From: Candidatus Poribacteria bacterium
GTDB lineage: Bacteria > Poribacteria > WGA-4E > PCPOR2b
Direction of reading: 5' to 3'
Assembly: GCA_965215015.1 (NCBI GenBank)
Contig: OZ244042.1
Span: 2,496,001-2,560,000 of the forward strand
DNA length: 64,000 nt
The translations under genes and the position numbers were made by a program. Below the pieces are notes generated by a model that was not told the DNA's origin, did not search any database, and was given only the letters and a program-made list of their open reading frames with translations. Below are positions 50,159 through 59,774 of this stretch, one piece after another; the first letter of the stretch is position 1; each line of letters starts with the position of its first letter.

Positions 50159-50324
50159 TTTTTTCCCTTTATAATTTTAGCTGTAGGTACACTTTCTGAT
50201 AACATTCTTAAAAGAGATGGGAAGGATTTTAAATTATTGTGTTCAGAAAAGTATACCATATCGCTAGCAAGTATTCGTAATTTAACTCACGAATTGTTTA
50301 AATTCTACCCGGAGGTACAGCGTT

Positions 50325-51185
50325 ATGATATATGGTTCAGGTAGCCACACCTATGAAGTGCAAAAAGATTGGGGACAACTCCCCGAAGGTTGGAAATTTG
50401 GTTGGATCCCCGCAGTCGCGGTGGATTCACAAGACAGGATTTATGTGTACAGCCGAAGCGAACGTCCGATGGTTGTGTTCGATCGCGAAGGTAACTTCCT
50501 TGCATCGTGGGGGGAGGACATCCTCAAGGATTCACACGGCATTTTTATCGATGCCGAGGATCACATCTATTGTGTTGAGCGAGAGGTGCATGTTATGCAC
50601 AAATTTACCTCTGCCGGAGAGCTCCTGATGACGTTGGGGACCCCCGATCAGCCCGGTGCAGAGGGTGAACCTTTCAATTTGCCGACAGACCTCGCGCTCG
50701 GTCCTGACGGCGAGATGTTCATCAGTGATGGATACGGCAATGCACGGATCCACAAATACTCCCCAGATGGTGAGTACATTATGTCTTGGGGAGCACCGGG
50801 AACAGGTCGGGGCGAATTCGATCTACCACACTGTGTCCGGGTAGACCGTCACAACCGTGTACTGGTCGCAGACCGAGCGAACAATCGCATCCAGTTTTTC
50901 ACGCTTGATGGCGAATATATCGACGAGTGGGGCGGATTCCTACATCCAGATACCATCTTTATTGATGACAACGATATTGTTTATGTCGCGGAGTTAGATC
51001 AGCGTGTCACGATTCTGACGCTTGATGGCGAGATTATTACCCAATGGGGCAGCGAGCGCGGCAGCACTGTGCCCGGCGAGTTCTTCGCCTGTCCACACGG
51101 TATCTGGGCGGATTCGCGGGGCGATCTCTATGTCAGCGAAGTGCAGGCGGATGGACGCTTACAGAAGTTTGTCCGACAAAAGTAA
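50325..51185 (+). CDS. NHL-repeat protein (peptidyl-alpha-hydroxyglycine lyase-like)
   Basis: VAVDSQDRIYV, FNLPTD, SDGYGNARIHKY, DLPH, ADRANNRIQ. Confidence 0.9.
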   Translation: MIYGSGSHTYEVQKDWGQLPEGWKFGWIPAVAVDSQDRIYVYSRSERPMVVFDREGNFLASWGEDILKDSHGIFIDAEDHIYCVEREVHVMHKFTSAGELLMTLGTPDQPGAEGEPFNLPTDLALGPDGEMFISDGYGNARIHKYSPDGEYIMSWGAPGTGRGEFDLPHCVRVDRHNRVLVADRANNRIQFFTLDGEYIDEWGGFLHPDTIFIDDNDIVYVAELDQRVTILTLDGEIITQWGSERGSTVPGEFFACPHGIWADSRGDLYVSEVQADGRLQKFVRQK

Positions 51186-51233
51186 CCTGATTTTAGCGCG
51201 TCGTAGGGTAGTTTATACTAAGGAGTCGAGCAA

Positions 51234-52046
51234 ATGTTGGATATGCAAGGTGCCGGGCGTCGTGTGCTCGTCACTGGAGGTGCTAGTGGTTTCGGCTTGG
51301 CTATTGCCCGGACGCTGCTCGCCCAGCGGGCACACGTAGCAATCGGCGATATTGATTCCGAGCAGTTGCAAGAAGCCACCCGAAGCTTGGATAAGGGCGA
51401 CGATGTACTGCCCTTAGTGCTCGACGTCACCTCACCCGTTTCAGTACAGTCGGCGGTAGAAGCTTGTCAAGAAACCTTTGGCGGACTGGATACGCTAATC
51501 AATTCAGCGGGCGTCATCCACTTTGCACCCCTCGCGGAAATTCGTGAGACGGATTGGGACCGCGTGGTAGACATAGATCTGAAGGGGCCGTTTTTGTGTA
51601 GCCAAGCGGCAGCACCGTTGCTGTGCAAAAGCGGACAGCGTGGACGTATCGTCAACATCGGTTCCGATGCGGCAAAGATTGGCTGTCCAATGATTCTCTC
51701 GTACTGTGCAGCCAAGTTTGGCGTCGTCGGCTTGACCAAGGCATTGGCTGCCGAGTTGGCATCTTACGGGGTAACTGTCAACTGTGTTTGTCCGGTGGGT
51801 GTTTCGACAACCGGTATGGGACAAACAGTTCTCGACTGGAAAATTAGCACGACAGGTCAGAAAACCAATGAAATTCTCGCAGAAACCGCGGCGGGCATTC
51901 CACTCAAGCGCAATGCCACCGTGGCGGATGTGGTCAATGCTGTGATGTTCTTTCTGTCCGATGAGTCAGCCTTTTTAACAGGTATTGCACTTGATGTTGA
52001 TGGCGGGTTGCTCAGTACTATGCCGATACCGGGGACTCAAGAATAA
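51234..52046 (+). CDS. SDR family oxidoreductase
   Basis: TGGASGFG, NSAG, YCAAK, VNCVCP, DGG. Confidence 0.93.
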   Translation: MLDMQGAGRRVLVTGGASGFGLAIARTLLAQRAHVAIGDIDSEQLQEATRSLDKGDDVLPLVLDVTSPVSVQSAVEACQETFGGLDTLINSAGVIHFAPLAEIRETDWDRVVDIDLKGPFLCSQAAAPLLCKSGQRGRIVNIGSDAAKIGCPMILSYCAAKFGVVGLTKALAAELASYGVTVNCVCPVGVSTTGMGQTVLDWKISTTGQKTNEILAETAAGIPLKRNATVADVVNAVMFFLSDESAFLTGIALDVDGGLLSTMPIPGTQE

Positions 52047-52068
52047 CCCTCTCAAAGGAGGAATGTCA

Positions 52069-52380
52069 ATGCAGCGGTCGCTTTTGTTATGCGTGTGAAG
52101 GAAGGGCAGCAAGAGAGCAGTTTGGCAAGAAGTGCTGATAGACCTACAACAGGCAGGCGTTCATGAAATGAGCATCTTCATGTTTGGCTTACAACTTTTC
52201 CTTTACATGGAGGTGGAGGATTACGCGGAAGCCGCTCGTATTCTGGCAGATAGAGACGATTCTGTACGTTGGAAAGAATACATGGCACCGATCATGGAAA
52301 GTGCGCCCGGCGAAATTTACGATCCAGCTAAGGCTTATCCGGAAGGTTTACCTGAAGTGTTTTATTGGCAAGCCGATTGA
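52069..52380 (+). pseudogene. L-rhamnose mutarotase-like pseudogene
   Basis: AAGGAGG RBS; MQR / AFVMRVKEGQQE / VWQEVL in different frames; the YxxxH segment is missing; ends LPEVFYW. Confidence 0.75.
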
Positions 52381-52421
52381 GCCGCAATGAGTAATTCGGT
52401 TTGGCACAGCGAACATAATCG

Positions 52422-52533
52422 GCTCATGTCAAAAGGAAGTGCAAAGCACGAATAGAACCCGAGTTTTCCCCGGCCTCGGGATCCTCTCGGACTTGAAAAC
52501 CTGGTTTCTATTGCACCATTTCTTAATATGAGC
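52422..52533. repeat. Family-B inverted-repeat element (reverse orientation)
   Basis: gctcatgtcaaaaggaagtgcaaagc ... ttgcaccatttcttaatatgagc. Confidence 0.7.
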
Positions 52534-52547
52534 AACATGATTTATTT

Positions 52548-53882
52548 CATTTACCCCCATTTTTTTTTGGTTATAGATTTGAGATATTTTTATGATTTAG
52601 GATAGTGAGAATACCTGTCATTAAGGGTGTTTGCATGTATCTCCCCTGCACAGTGGGAGTGTGAACCATGGATTGAGACACCACCCGCTCCACGCCTCAG
52701 CCACCACTCGCTTTATCACGGTAATGAGTGAGTATATTTTAGTCCGTGTGTTGAATGTTTTTGCCCATCGATCGCCTGACTTTTGATAGGTGATAAACAG
52801 TAAGCCATAACTGATACAAGCTAAGAGCCATAACAGGTTGATGCGGGCTTTTGACGGTTTTTTGAGTCTCAAGCTGCCAAAGCCAAAACCGGTCTTGATG
52901 TCCCGAAAGCCGTGTTCAATCTGCATTCTTCGCTTATAATAGTGGTATATTTGACGCCCCGTCAGATGACTTGAAATCAGATACATCGGTTCAGCCAACC
53001 GCGCCTCTCTGACGACATACAGGTTGAGTCGAATCGGCTCGGTTAAGTGATAGAGAATCTGTGGATAGAACCCCGTTTCCTGCAACTGTTCTGCCTTTTT
53101 AACAGTGCCCCAGACGGTCATGCGCGCGTTACGACACACGCGGATGATAAACGGAATCCGTTGTGTCTTGAGAAACTTTATCACATATTTAGCACGCGCG
53201 AAGCCTCTATCGAATATCAACGTGGCTTCACACGGGGGCGGTAAAATCGCTTCTGTCTTTTGATACAGTGTGAGACAAAAGCGTTGGATAATCTCATTAT
53301 GGCTGGTATAGGTCAACTGTTGAATCTCAGCATCGGTGTAGAGGTGCCAGTAGATAGGAACCGCCCGGCGGCGGAACGGCACCGCGGCAACAATCGCTTT
53401 GAAATGGCCAAACACCTGGGTTTCATCCACTAAAATCAACCGGCGTCCGGCGTGACGTTCACAGACCCGGCGGAGCACAAAGCCCAACCAGCACCCCATC
53501 ACCGCGTCAATAGGAAAGCGACGAGCTAAGAATCGAAGCAGGCGTTTCTGTTTCGTCTTTTGATGTTTGACGGCTACTGGCAAGCGTAAAGCAATTTCGT
53601 TTATCCGAAACTTCTGGGCCAACACAATGGCTAGGATCGTGAGTATCAGGTTTTTTAACGCCGGTTTTTTCAATACGGGGTTGAAAATCTCGGTCAGAGT
53701 GGTTATCATAGAACTGGGATTCACCCGCTTATGGCGGTGGGTGCCTTTCATAATACCTCCTTGTTTAAAACAATGGTTATTTTATACAGGGAGGTATTTT
53801 ACCATATTTGATAACCCTTTCTCACATCTAGACCTCGCAAAAACAACCAACATTACAACTCTAAAAAAAATGGGGGTAAGTG
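52548..53882 (-). mobile_element. IS4-family insertion sequence
   Basis: Terminal IRs catttacccccattttttt / aaaaaaatgggggtaagtg (1 mismatch) around one transposase gene; no clear target duplication. Confidence 0.88.
52621..53751 (-). CDS. IS4-family DDE transposase
   Basis: LVDET, IFDRGF, YKRRMQIEHGFRDIK (YREK signature). Confidence 0.92.
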   Translation of the reverse strand: MKGTHRHKRVNPSSMITTLTEIFNPVLKKPALKNLILTILAIVLAQKFRINEIALRLPVAVKHQKTKQKRLLRFLARRFPIDAVMGCWLGFVLRRVCERHAGRRLILVDETQVFGHFKAIVAAVPFRRRAVPIYWHLYTDAEIQQLTYTSHNEIIQRFCLTLYQKTEAILPPPCEATLIFDRGFARAKYVIKFLKTQRIPFIIRVCRNARMTVWGTVKKAEQLQETGFYPQILYHLTEPIRLNLYVVREARLAEPMYLISSHLTGRQIYHYYKRRMQIEHGFRDIKTGFGFGSLRLKKPSKARINLLWLLACISYGLLFITYQKSGDRWAKTFNTRTKIYSLITVIKRVVAEAWSGWCLNPWFTLPLCRGDTCKHP

Positions 53883-53947
53883 AGAATAATGATGTGACGT
53901 GGTTTGAGTAAAGAATTAAATTTGTTGCTTGACATGAGCATAAGCAC

Positions 53948-53976
53948 TTGATCTCTGCATTCTTTTTTGTTATAAT
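53948..53976 (+). promoter_or_regulatory. Sigma-70 promoter of the sulfite reductase gene
   Basis: TTGATC-N17-TATAAT. Confidence 0.6.
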
Positions 53977-54197
53977 ATGATTCTATGAATTTGATCGGAA
54001 AAGGCGCAGAAACCAATTTTTACGACTAAGAGGCAAGACTAGGAAAAATTCGCCCCATTGGACCATAATAATTCGGACGATAACAACTTACCGAAGTATC
54101 AGCATTCAGAACAACGTAATAGATTAGAATATCAAACTCCATCAGCGATAGCGTTGTTCATACGAACCCTTCAACCCCAATTCGGAAGGAGTCAATA

Positions 54198-56636
54198 ATG
54201 GCGACAGAAAATTTAGTACCTTTTAACGCGGAGGCAATAGATCCAGATGATGCCCGTGCAATTGAAATTTATGAGATGCAGCTGGATCGTGTCCAAGCGG
54301 GTCAGATGCCGGAGGAGATTTTCCTCGAATTTAGACTGCGTCACGGTGTTTACGGGCAGCGCGATGAAGGTTCACAAATGATTCGCGTAAAGATTCCATT
54401 CGGCGGTCTAAACGCGGCACAACTGGAAATGTTGGCTGATGTTGCCGAAGAATTTTCGGATAATATCATTCATATCACGACTCGCCAAGATGTGCAGTAT
54501 CACTATGTGGATATTAACAATACGCCGGAGTTAATGCGTCGGTTGGCGTCAGTTGACATAACAACCAAGGAAGCGTGTGGTAATGTGGTTCGGAATGTCA
54601 CCGCTTGCCCGCTTTCTGGCGTGTGTAACGATGAACCGTTTGATGTAACGTCTCACTCCAAGGCACTGTCCGCCTTCCTGTTGGGTCATCAGGATGCACA
54701 AGATTTCGGACGTAAGTTCAAGATCGCGTTTTCCGGCTGCCATGAACATGCTTGCGGCTTAGGATACATGCACGATATCGGTGCAGTTGCGGTGATTAAA
54801 GAGATTGACGGCAAACCGAAGCGTGGATTTAAGTTGCTCGTCGGTGGTGGGCTTGGTGCTGTGCCACATCAGGCAAAAGTTTTTGATGAGTTTGTGCCTG
54901 AGGAGGAATTGTTGCCAATTTCACAGGCGATCTCGAAGGTATTCACCCGTCTCGGGGAACGTAAAAATCGCAATAAGGCGCGGATGAAGTTTGTCGTGGC
55001 AAAACTTGGTATTGAAGAATTTCGTCGCCTTGTGTTGGAAGAGCGTGAACAGTTACGCCATGACCCCGCGTGGACAGCTCATCTCGGCAATCTTGATGTG
55101 TATGACGAAACACCACTGAAGCCACCGACGCAGCTCAATGGCGCGTCAAAACCGGAAGGGTTTGATCCGTGGCATGCCTCAAACGTGCGTCCACAACGAC
55201 AGCCGGGATACGCAGTCGTCAATATCACGTTGCCGCTCGGAGACATCACCGCGGATCAAGCCCGGGCGTTGGCAGATATTTCGCGCAATTATGTGAAGGA
55301 CACCATTCGCACGACCGTTGAGCAGAATCTCGTTTTGCGTTGGGTCAGCATGAGCGATCTACCTGCGCTTTACCAGGAGCTCAAAGAAATAGGCTTGGGC
55401 GCATCGGGTGCTGAGAGTACTGTTGATATTACAGCATGTCCCGGCACCGATTCCTGCAAACTGGGTATCTCATCTTCTCGTGGGTTAGCTGCTTACTTGA
55501 GGAATTACTTCATCGAGACCGGTGTGAAGGAGGAGATTCAAGATCTGCGAATCAAGATCAGCGGTTGCCCCAATTCATGCGGTCAGCACCACATCGCAAA
55601 TATCGGGTTCTTTGGCTCATCACGACGTATGGGTAAACATATCGCCCCATATTATCAAGTCATGTTGGGGGGGCACGCTACCGAGAATGCGGGGGCTTAT
55701 GGACTTGCCGCCGGAAAGATTCACGGCAAGAACATCCCACAATTCATCGAGCACTTGACCGGACGATACCTTGAGGAACGGCAAGAGGACGAACCATTCA
55801 CCGATTATATTGCGAGACTTGGCAAGGTTAAGATTAAGGCAATCCTCCGCGAGTATGATAAGATCCCTACCTTCGAGGAAGATCCCAGCTACTATATCGA
55901 CACCGGCGACACGAAGGAATTTCAACTCAAGACGGGTGTTGGTGAATGTGCAGGGCAGTTGGTAGAGTTGGTATCGTTCATACTTGAGGAAGCGGATCGG
56001 CTAATCTATGAGTCGGGGGTTGATCTGGAGAATGATGAATATGTGGATTCGGCTCAACACGCTTATGAAGCGATGATCAAAGCCGCGGACGCATTGCTGA
56101 CGACCGAAGGGCTGCAACACATTGACGACGAGACGACGGTTCGAGAGTTCCGAAGTCGGTTCTTTGAGCCGGGCATTGTTTTCCCCGGTTTTGGAGCGCA
56201 TCTGTTCAAGGCGGTCGAGGAGGATTCCAGTACCTTTGATAGGGAGCTAACGCACCGCCGCGTCGAGGAAGCGACTCTCTTTGTTGAGGAAGCACATAAC
56301 GTCTACGGGCGGATGCGGATTCGACAGGAGGAGGAATCGAGCACTAAGAAGCGCGAAGCTAGACCGGCACGTATCCCCAAGGCACCGCCGAAAGCAGAGA
56401 AGGTCGAGGAGATTGTTGACAGTCTTGACCTCAAGGGTGTGGCGTGTCCGTTCAACTACGTGCAAGCCAAAATTCGCTTGGAGACGATGAATGTCGGTCA
56501 GCTGCTGGAAATCACGATTGACGATGGCGAACCGATTGAAAATGTCCCTAAGAGCCTCACGAATGATGGGCATAAGATTACTGATACCAAGAAGATTGGT
56601 CAGCACTATCGACTCGTGATTCGTAAAGGTGAATAA
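54198..56636 (+). CDS. Ferredoxin-type sulfite/nitrite reductase fused to HEPN-like and TusA/SirA domains
   Basis: RLRHGVYGQR, TTRQD, CPGTDSC and SGCPNSCG siroheme/4Fe4S ligands; helical domain; LDLKGVACPFNYV. Confidence 0.9.
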   Translation: MATENLVPFNAEAIDPDDARAIEIYEMQLDRVQAGQMPEEIFLEFRLRHGVYGQRDEGSQMIRVKIPFGGLNAAQLEMLADVAEEFSDNIIHITTRQDVQYHYVDINNTPELMRRLASVDITTKEACGNVVRNVTACPLSGVCNDEPFDVTSHSKALSAFLLGHQDAQDFGRKFKIAFSGCHEHACGLGYMHDIGAVAVIKEIDGKPKRGFKLLVGGGLGAVPHQAKVFDEFVPEEELLPISQAISKVFTRLGERKNRNKARMKFVVAKLGIEEFRRLVLEEREQLRHDPAWTAHLGNLDVYDETPLKPPTQLNGASKPEGFDPWHASNVRPQRQPGYAVVNITLPLGDITADQARALADISRNYVKDTIRTTVEQNLVLRWVSMSDLPALYQELKEIGLGASGAESTVDITACPGTDSCKLGISSSRGLAAYLRNYFIETGVKEEIQDLRIKISGCPNSCGQHHIANIGFFGSSRRMGKHIAPYYQVMLGGHATENAGAYGLAAGKIHGKNIPQFIEHLTGRYLEERQEDEPFTDYIARLGKVKIKAILREYDKIPTFEEDPSYYIDTGDTKEFQLKTGVGECAGQLVELVSFILEEADRLIYESGVDLENDEYVDSAQHAYEAMIKAADALLTTEGLQHIDDETTVREFRSRFFEPGIVFPGFGAHLFKAVEEDSSTFDRELTHRRVEEATLFVEEAHNVYGRMRIRQEEESSTKKREARPARIPKAPPKAEKVEEIVDSLDLKGVACPFNYVQAKIRLETMNVGQLLEITIDDGEPIENVPKSLTNDGHKITDTKKIGQHYRLVIRKGE

Positions 56637-56656
56637 CGGATAAGGTGTTGTCAAAG

Positions 56657-56701
56657 TAAAGCGTGATGGACTGAAGCGGGGTTCGTCACGCTTTATTTTT
56701 T
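56657..56701 (+). terminator. Intrinsic terminator
   Basis: taaagcgtga..tcacgcttta followed by a T tract. Confidence 0.7.
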
Positions 56702-56834
56702 GGGATGTTTGATGGCTAAGATTGAGATGCTTTTTGACATGAAGAAAGCAATAGGTGTCGAAAGACTGAAATGATCCCAGAATCGTTCTATTGACTGTCC
56801 TCTAGCAGTCCTCACCGTAACATCACTTTCCTGT

Positions 56835-57671
56835 TTGAAAAGGTATTTAACCATGAATCAGAAATTTAAGATAAATTCAAAACTGAAAAAGTGGCTCAAG
56901 TGGATGGAGATTATTCAAGACGACATACAAATGCTTCTACGGGATACTAACATGTTCTGGGAAGTCCAAGACATCATCCGTGAGAATCCGGGTATCCAAA
57001 GGCCGAGTGCTTTCTATCGCTATCTTGGAAGGACTTATTTGTCTCATGCGCTAGTAGGGCTACGTCGGCAAATCAAACCGCAGAAGGACAGTATATCTTT
57101 TGTGGGATTGCTTGATGATATTGCTAAAAACCCTGAAGAGCTGTCTCGGAACTATTACCGTTCTCTCTATTCTCACCCTGATGGTCCCGACATCAACCAA
57201 ATCGAGATCGAGGGTAGGGAGGAACTTGAAGATATAGGGATTACCGGCAATTCTCAACTGAAAGAGTTGATACAGATGGATGACTTCGCACCATACGCAG
57301 ATGCCAGCGGAGAGCATGTGTGCCCCGATATGGTGAAAGACGATATAGATAAACTCAAGAAGACTGCAACAGCATGTGAGGATTTTGCTGATAAACGCAT
57401 TGCCCATCGGGATAAGAAAGAGCCGGAAGATGTCCCAAAGTTCAATGAATTGGATGATTGCATTAAATTGCTCGACAAGACGTATGTGAAATATCATCTC
57501 CTGTTTTACGCTGAATCAATAGATACGTTGATGCCAACCTATCAATATGAGTGGAAGGCTATTTTTTTGGAACCATGGTTAAAGACTGGTTTTGGAAGTG
57601 CCGAAGGACTTATTCACATCGGTGAAGATTTTGATGACGAACTCCCCGATTTTAAGGACTATATGGAATGA
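56835..57671 (+). CDS. HEPN-like (AbiU2-like) protein with a C-terminal DUF2281-type antitoxin tail
   Basis: LRRQ..DSISF..LL and DKRIAH motifs; tail GFGSAEGLIHIGEDFDDELPDFKDYME; ATGA overlap with the PIN gene; ATG 56853 is a possible start. Confidence 0.65.
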   Translation: MKRYLTMNQKFKINSKLKKWLKWMEIIQDDIQMLLRDTNMFWEVQDIIRENPGIQRPSAFYRYLGRTYLSHALVGLRRQIKPQKDSISFVGLLDDIAKNPEELSRNYYRSLYSHPDGPDINQIEIEGREELEDIGITGNSQLKELIQMDDFAPYADASGEHVCPDMVKDDIDKLKKTATACEDFADKRIAHRDKKEPEDVPKFNELDDCIKLLDKTYVKYHLLFYAESIDTLMPTYQYEWKAIFLEPWLKTGFGSAEGLIHIGEDFDDELPDFKDYME

Positions 57672-58054
57672 AATATCTGCTGGATACATGTACGCTACTT
57701 TGGTTTCTTGCTGGCGACGCAAAACTCAGCCGCAAAGCACGACAGTTGATTGATGATTCAAGTAATGAGAAATTCCTCAGCATCGTCAGTCTATGGGAGA
57801 TAGCAATTAAGGTAGGGTTAGGGAAAATTGATTTAGACAAACCGTTCGAGCAGATATTTCCAGAGAGACTGGATTTCAATCATATTTGGATATTGGATAT
57901 CACAGTTAATAGCCTCGCAAAGTTGACTACGTTACCCTTGCATCACCGAGATCCGTTTGACCGTTTGATAATTGCTCAAGGGCTTACCGAAGGATTTCCA
58001 ATAATTAGCGTAGATGAAACCTTTGATGCTTACGGTGTAAGCAGAGAATGGTAA
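57668..58054 (+). CDS. vapC: VapC/PIN-domain toxin
   Basis: YLLDT, SLWEIAIK, HHRDPFDRLIIAQ, ISVD. Confidence 0.93.
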   Translation: MKYLLDTCTLLWFLAGDAKLSRKARQLIDDSSNEKFLSIVSLWEIAIKVGLGKIDLDKPFEQIFPERLDFNHIWILDITVNSLAKLTTLPLHHRDPFDRLIIAQGLTEGFPIISVDETFDAYGVSREW

Positions 58055-58214
58055 TGATAGGACAAATACGGAACCAATGTTGGATTTCAAGTACAAAGGT
58101 TAGTAAAGAGAGTAAGTGGTTGAAATTACAACTTTCAGCACCCCCCCCCTACTCTTCTTAGAAACCGACAGCTAAGTTTTTTTGGGGGGATTGAAAGGAG
58201 AAACTTATTAAGCA

Positions 58215-59268
58215 ATGACACTTAATGAACACCTTGATGACATACACCACGATTTAACAAGAGGGGTATTTGCAAATGAGGCATCAGTTTCTCAGGGAAT
58301 CATACTTAGGTTACTCGGTGCACTGGGTTGGCCAAAGTATGATACGCAGGTTATCGTTCCTGAATATTCAGTTGAGGGTAGAAGGGTAGATTATGCTCTG
58401 TGCCACCCGCTGTCAAAGCCTCTAGTTTTCATTGAAGTCAAACAGGTTGGCCAAATTGAAGGGGCAGAGAGACAATTATTTGAATACGCTTTTCACACAG
58501 GGGTTCCAATCGCTGTCCTCACTGATGGTCGGGAATGGCACTTTTTTCAACCGGGTGGCCAAGGAGATTACGGAGAACGTCGGGTATGTAAACTGGATCT
58601 GATCGAAACAGACAATGAGGAGATTTTGAAACGTCTTAACCGATACTTGAAATACGAGTCGATACGCACCGGTGAAGCCATTACGGCAATCGAAAACGAC
58701 TATCGGAATATCTCCAAGCAGAGACAGATTGAGAGCAGTTTGCCAGAGGCATGGACTGAATTGGTGGAGGAGGCAGATGAACTTTTGATAGATGGAGTAG
58801 CGGAGAGAACGGAAAGTCTGTGTGGGCATAAACCAACTAGCGAGCAAGTGTTAGCTTTCCTGAAAAGTCTAAATGGGGATAGATCAACCCAGGGAGCCCC
58901 TTCTCCACCAACAGACTCCGGGGATAGGCCCCCCCTCGAGAAAAACCCCTTCTCCACCAACAAACCCCTCGGGTAGAAAGCTACCGACAAACCTTATCGT
59001 AACTATGCCTAATGGAGAAGAGATTGCTCATAATAGCGCAAAGAAAACCTTTGTTGAGGTAATTGAAAGGCTAGGAATAGAGAGGGTGAGAAGTGTTTAT
59101 CCTGATCTCTTCTCTACCTCATCAATTAAATATGGATATCAGGTTGGTCAGTATTATACAAAAGAGAGAGACACAGTGAACAAGAAGCGAATCCTTGAAC
59201 ATATTGCCGCCCGGCTTGGTGTAGGGTTGGAAATAGAGATACGCCTCAAAGGCGCCTCAAAGGATTGA
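58215..59268 (+). pseudogene. HsdR_N-type nuclease, copy 1, frameshifted in a C7 tract (58929-58935)
   Basis: ORFs 58215-58976 and 58873-59268 join into a full paralog of 59775-60824 if one C is removed. Confidence 0.85.
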
Positions 59269-59541
59269 ATTAATCAATCGAGGGTTGCAAGAATATCAAT
59301 AACAGACATGGAGGCACACCGACCCATTGTTACAATCAGCAGCGACGCCTGTGATTTTATTGATGTTCTTAAGTTTTCAGCAGCCTCTGTTCTTAAGAGT
59401 TCTTCGATAAACTGGTTTTACGAAGAACTACACTTGTTCGTTAAGTTTTTAGTAAAGGAGCGAAACTGATTTCGTCTCCTTATGTCCGAAATGGGTGTTA
59501 AAATCATTTATAAAAAAAGGAGTTTCTGATTACAGCAAGCT

Positions 59542-59629
59542 ATGGATTTACAACAGATTAACATCAAGGTCTTCGTCAGAGAAGATAGTCATATCAATTA
59601 CGAAAATTTCATCAGGGTTTTCAACCGAT
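59542..59629 (+). pseudogene. Truncated 5' copy of the 61093 gene
   Basis: MDLQQINIKVFVREDSHINYENFIRVFNR ends at the duplication junction. Confidence 0.85.
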
Positions 59630-59774
59630 ACGGAACCAATGTTGGATTTCAAGTACAAAGGTTAGTAAAGAGAGTAAGTGGTTGACATTACAATTTTCAG
59701 CACCCCCCCTACTCGTCTTAGAAACCGACAGCTGAGTTTTTTTGGGGGGATTGAAAGGAGAAACTTATTAAGCA

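Noticed and set aside
10136-52533. Dispersed repeats as a CRISPR array or integron attC/dif sites
   Set aside because: Not regularly spaced; no cas or integrase gene; only a partial ttatgttaa resemblance to dif in one copy
53980-54190. SAM riboswitch in the long leader of the sulfite reductase gene
   Set aside because: SAM-I core motifs and a terminator are not recognisable
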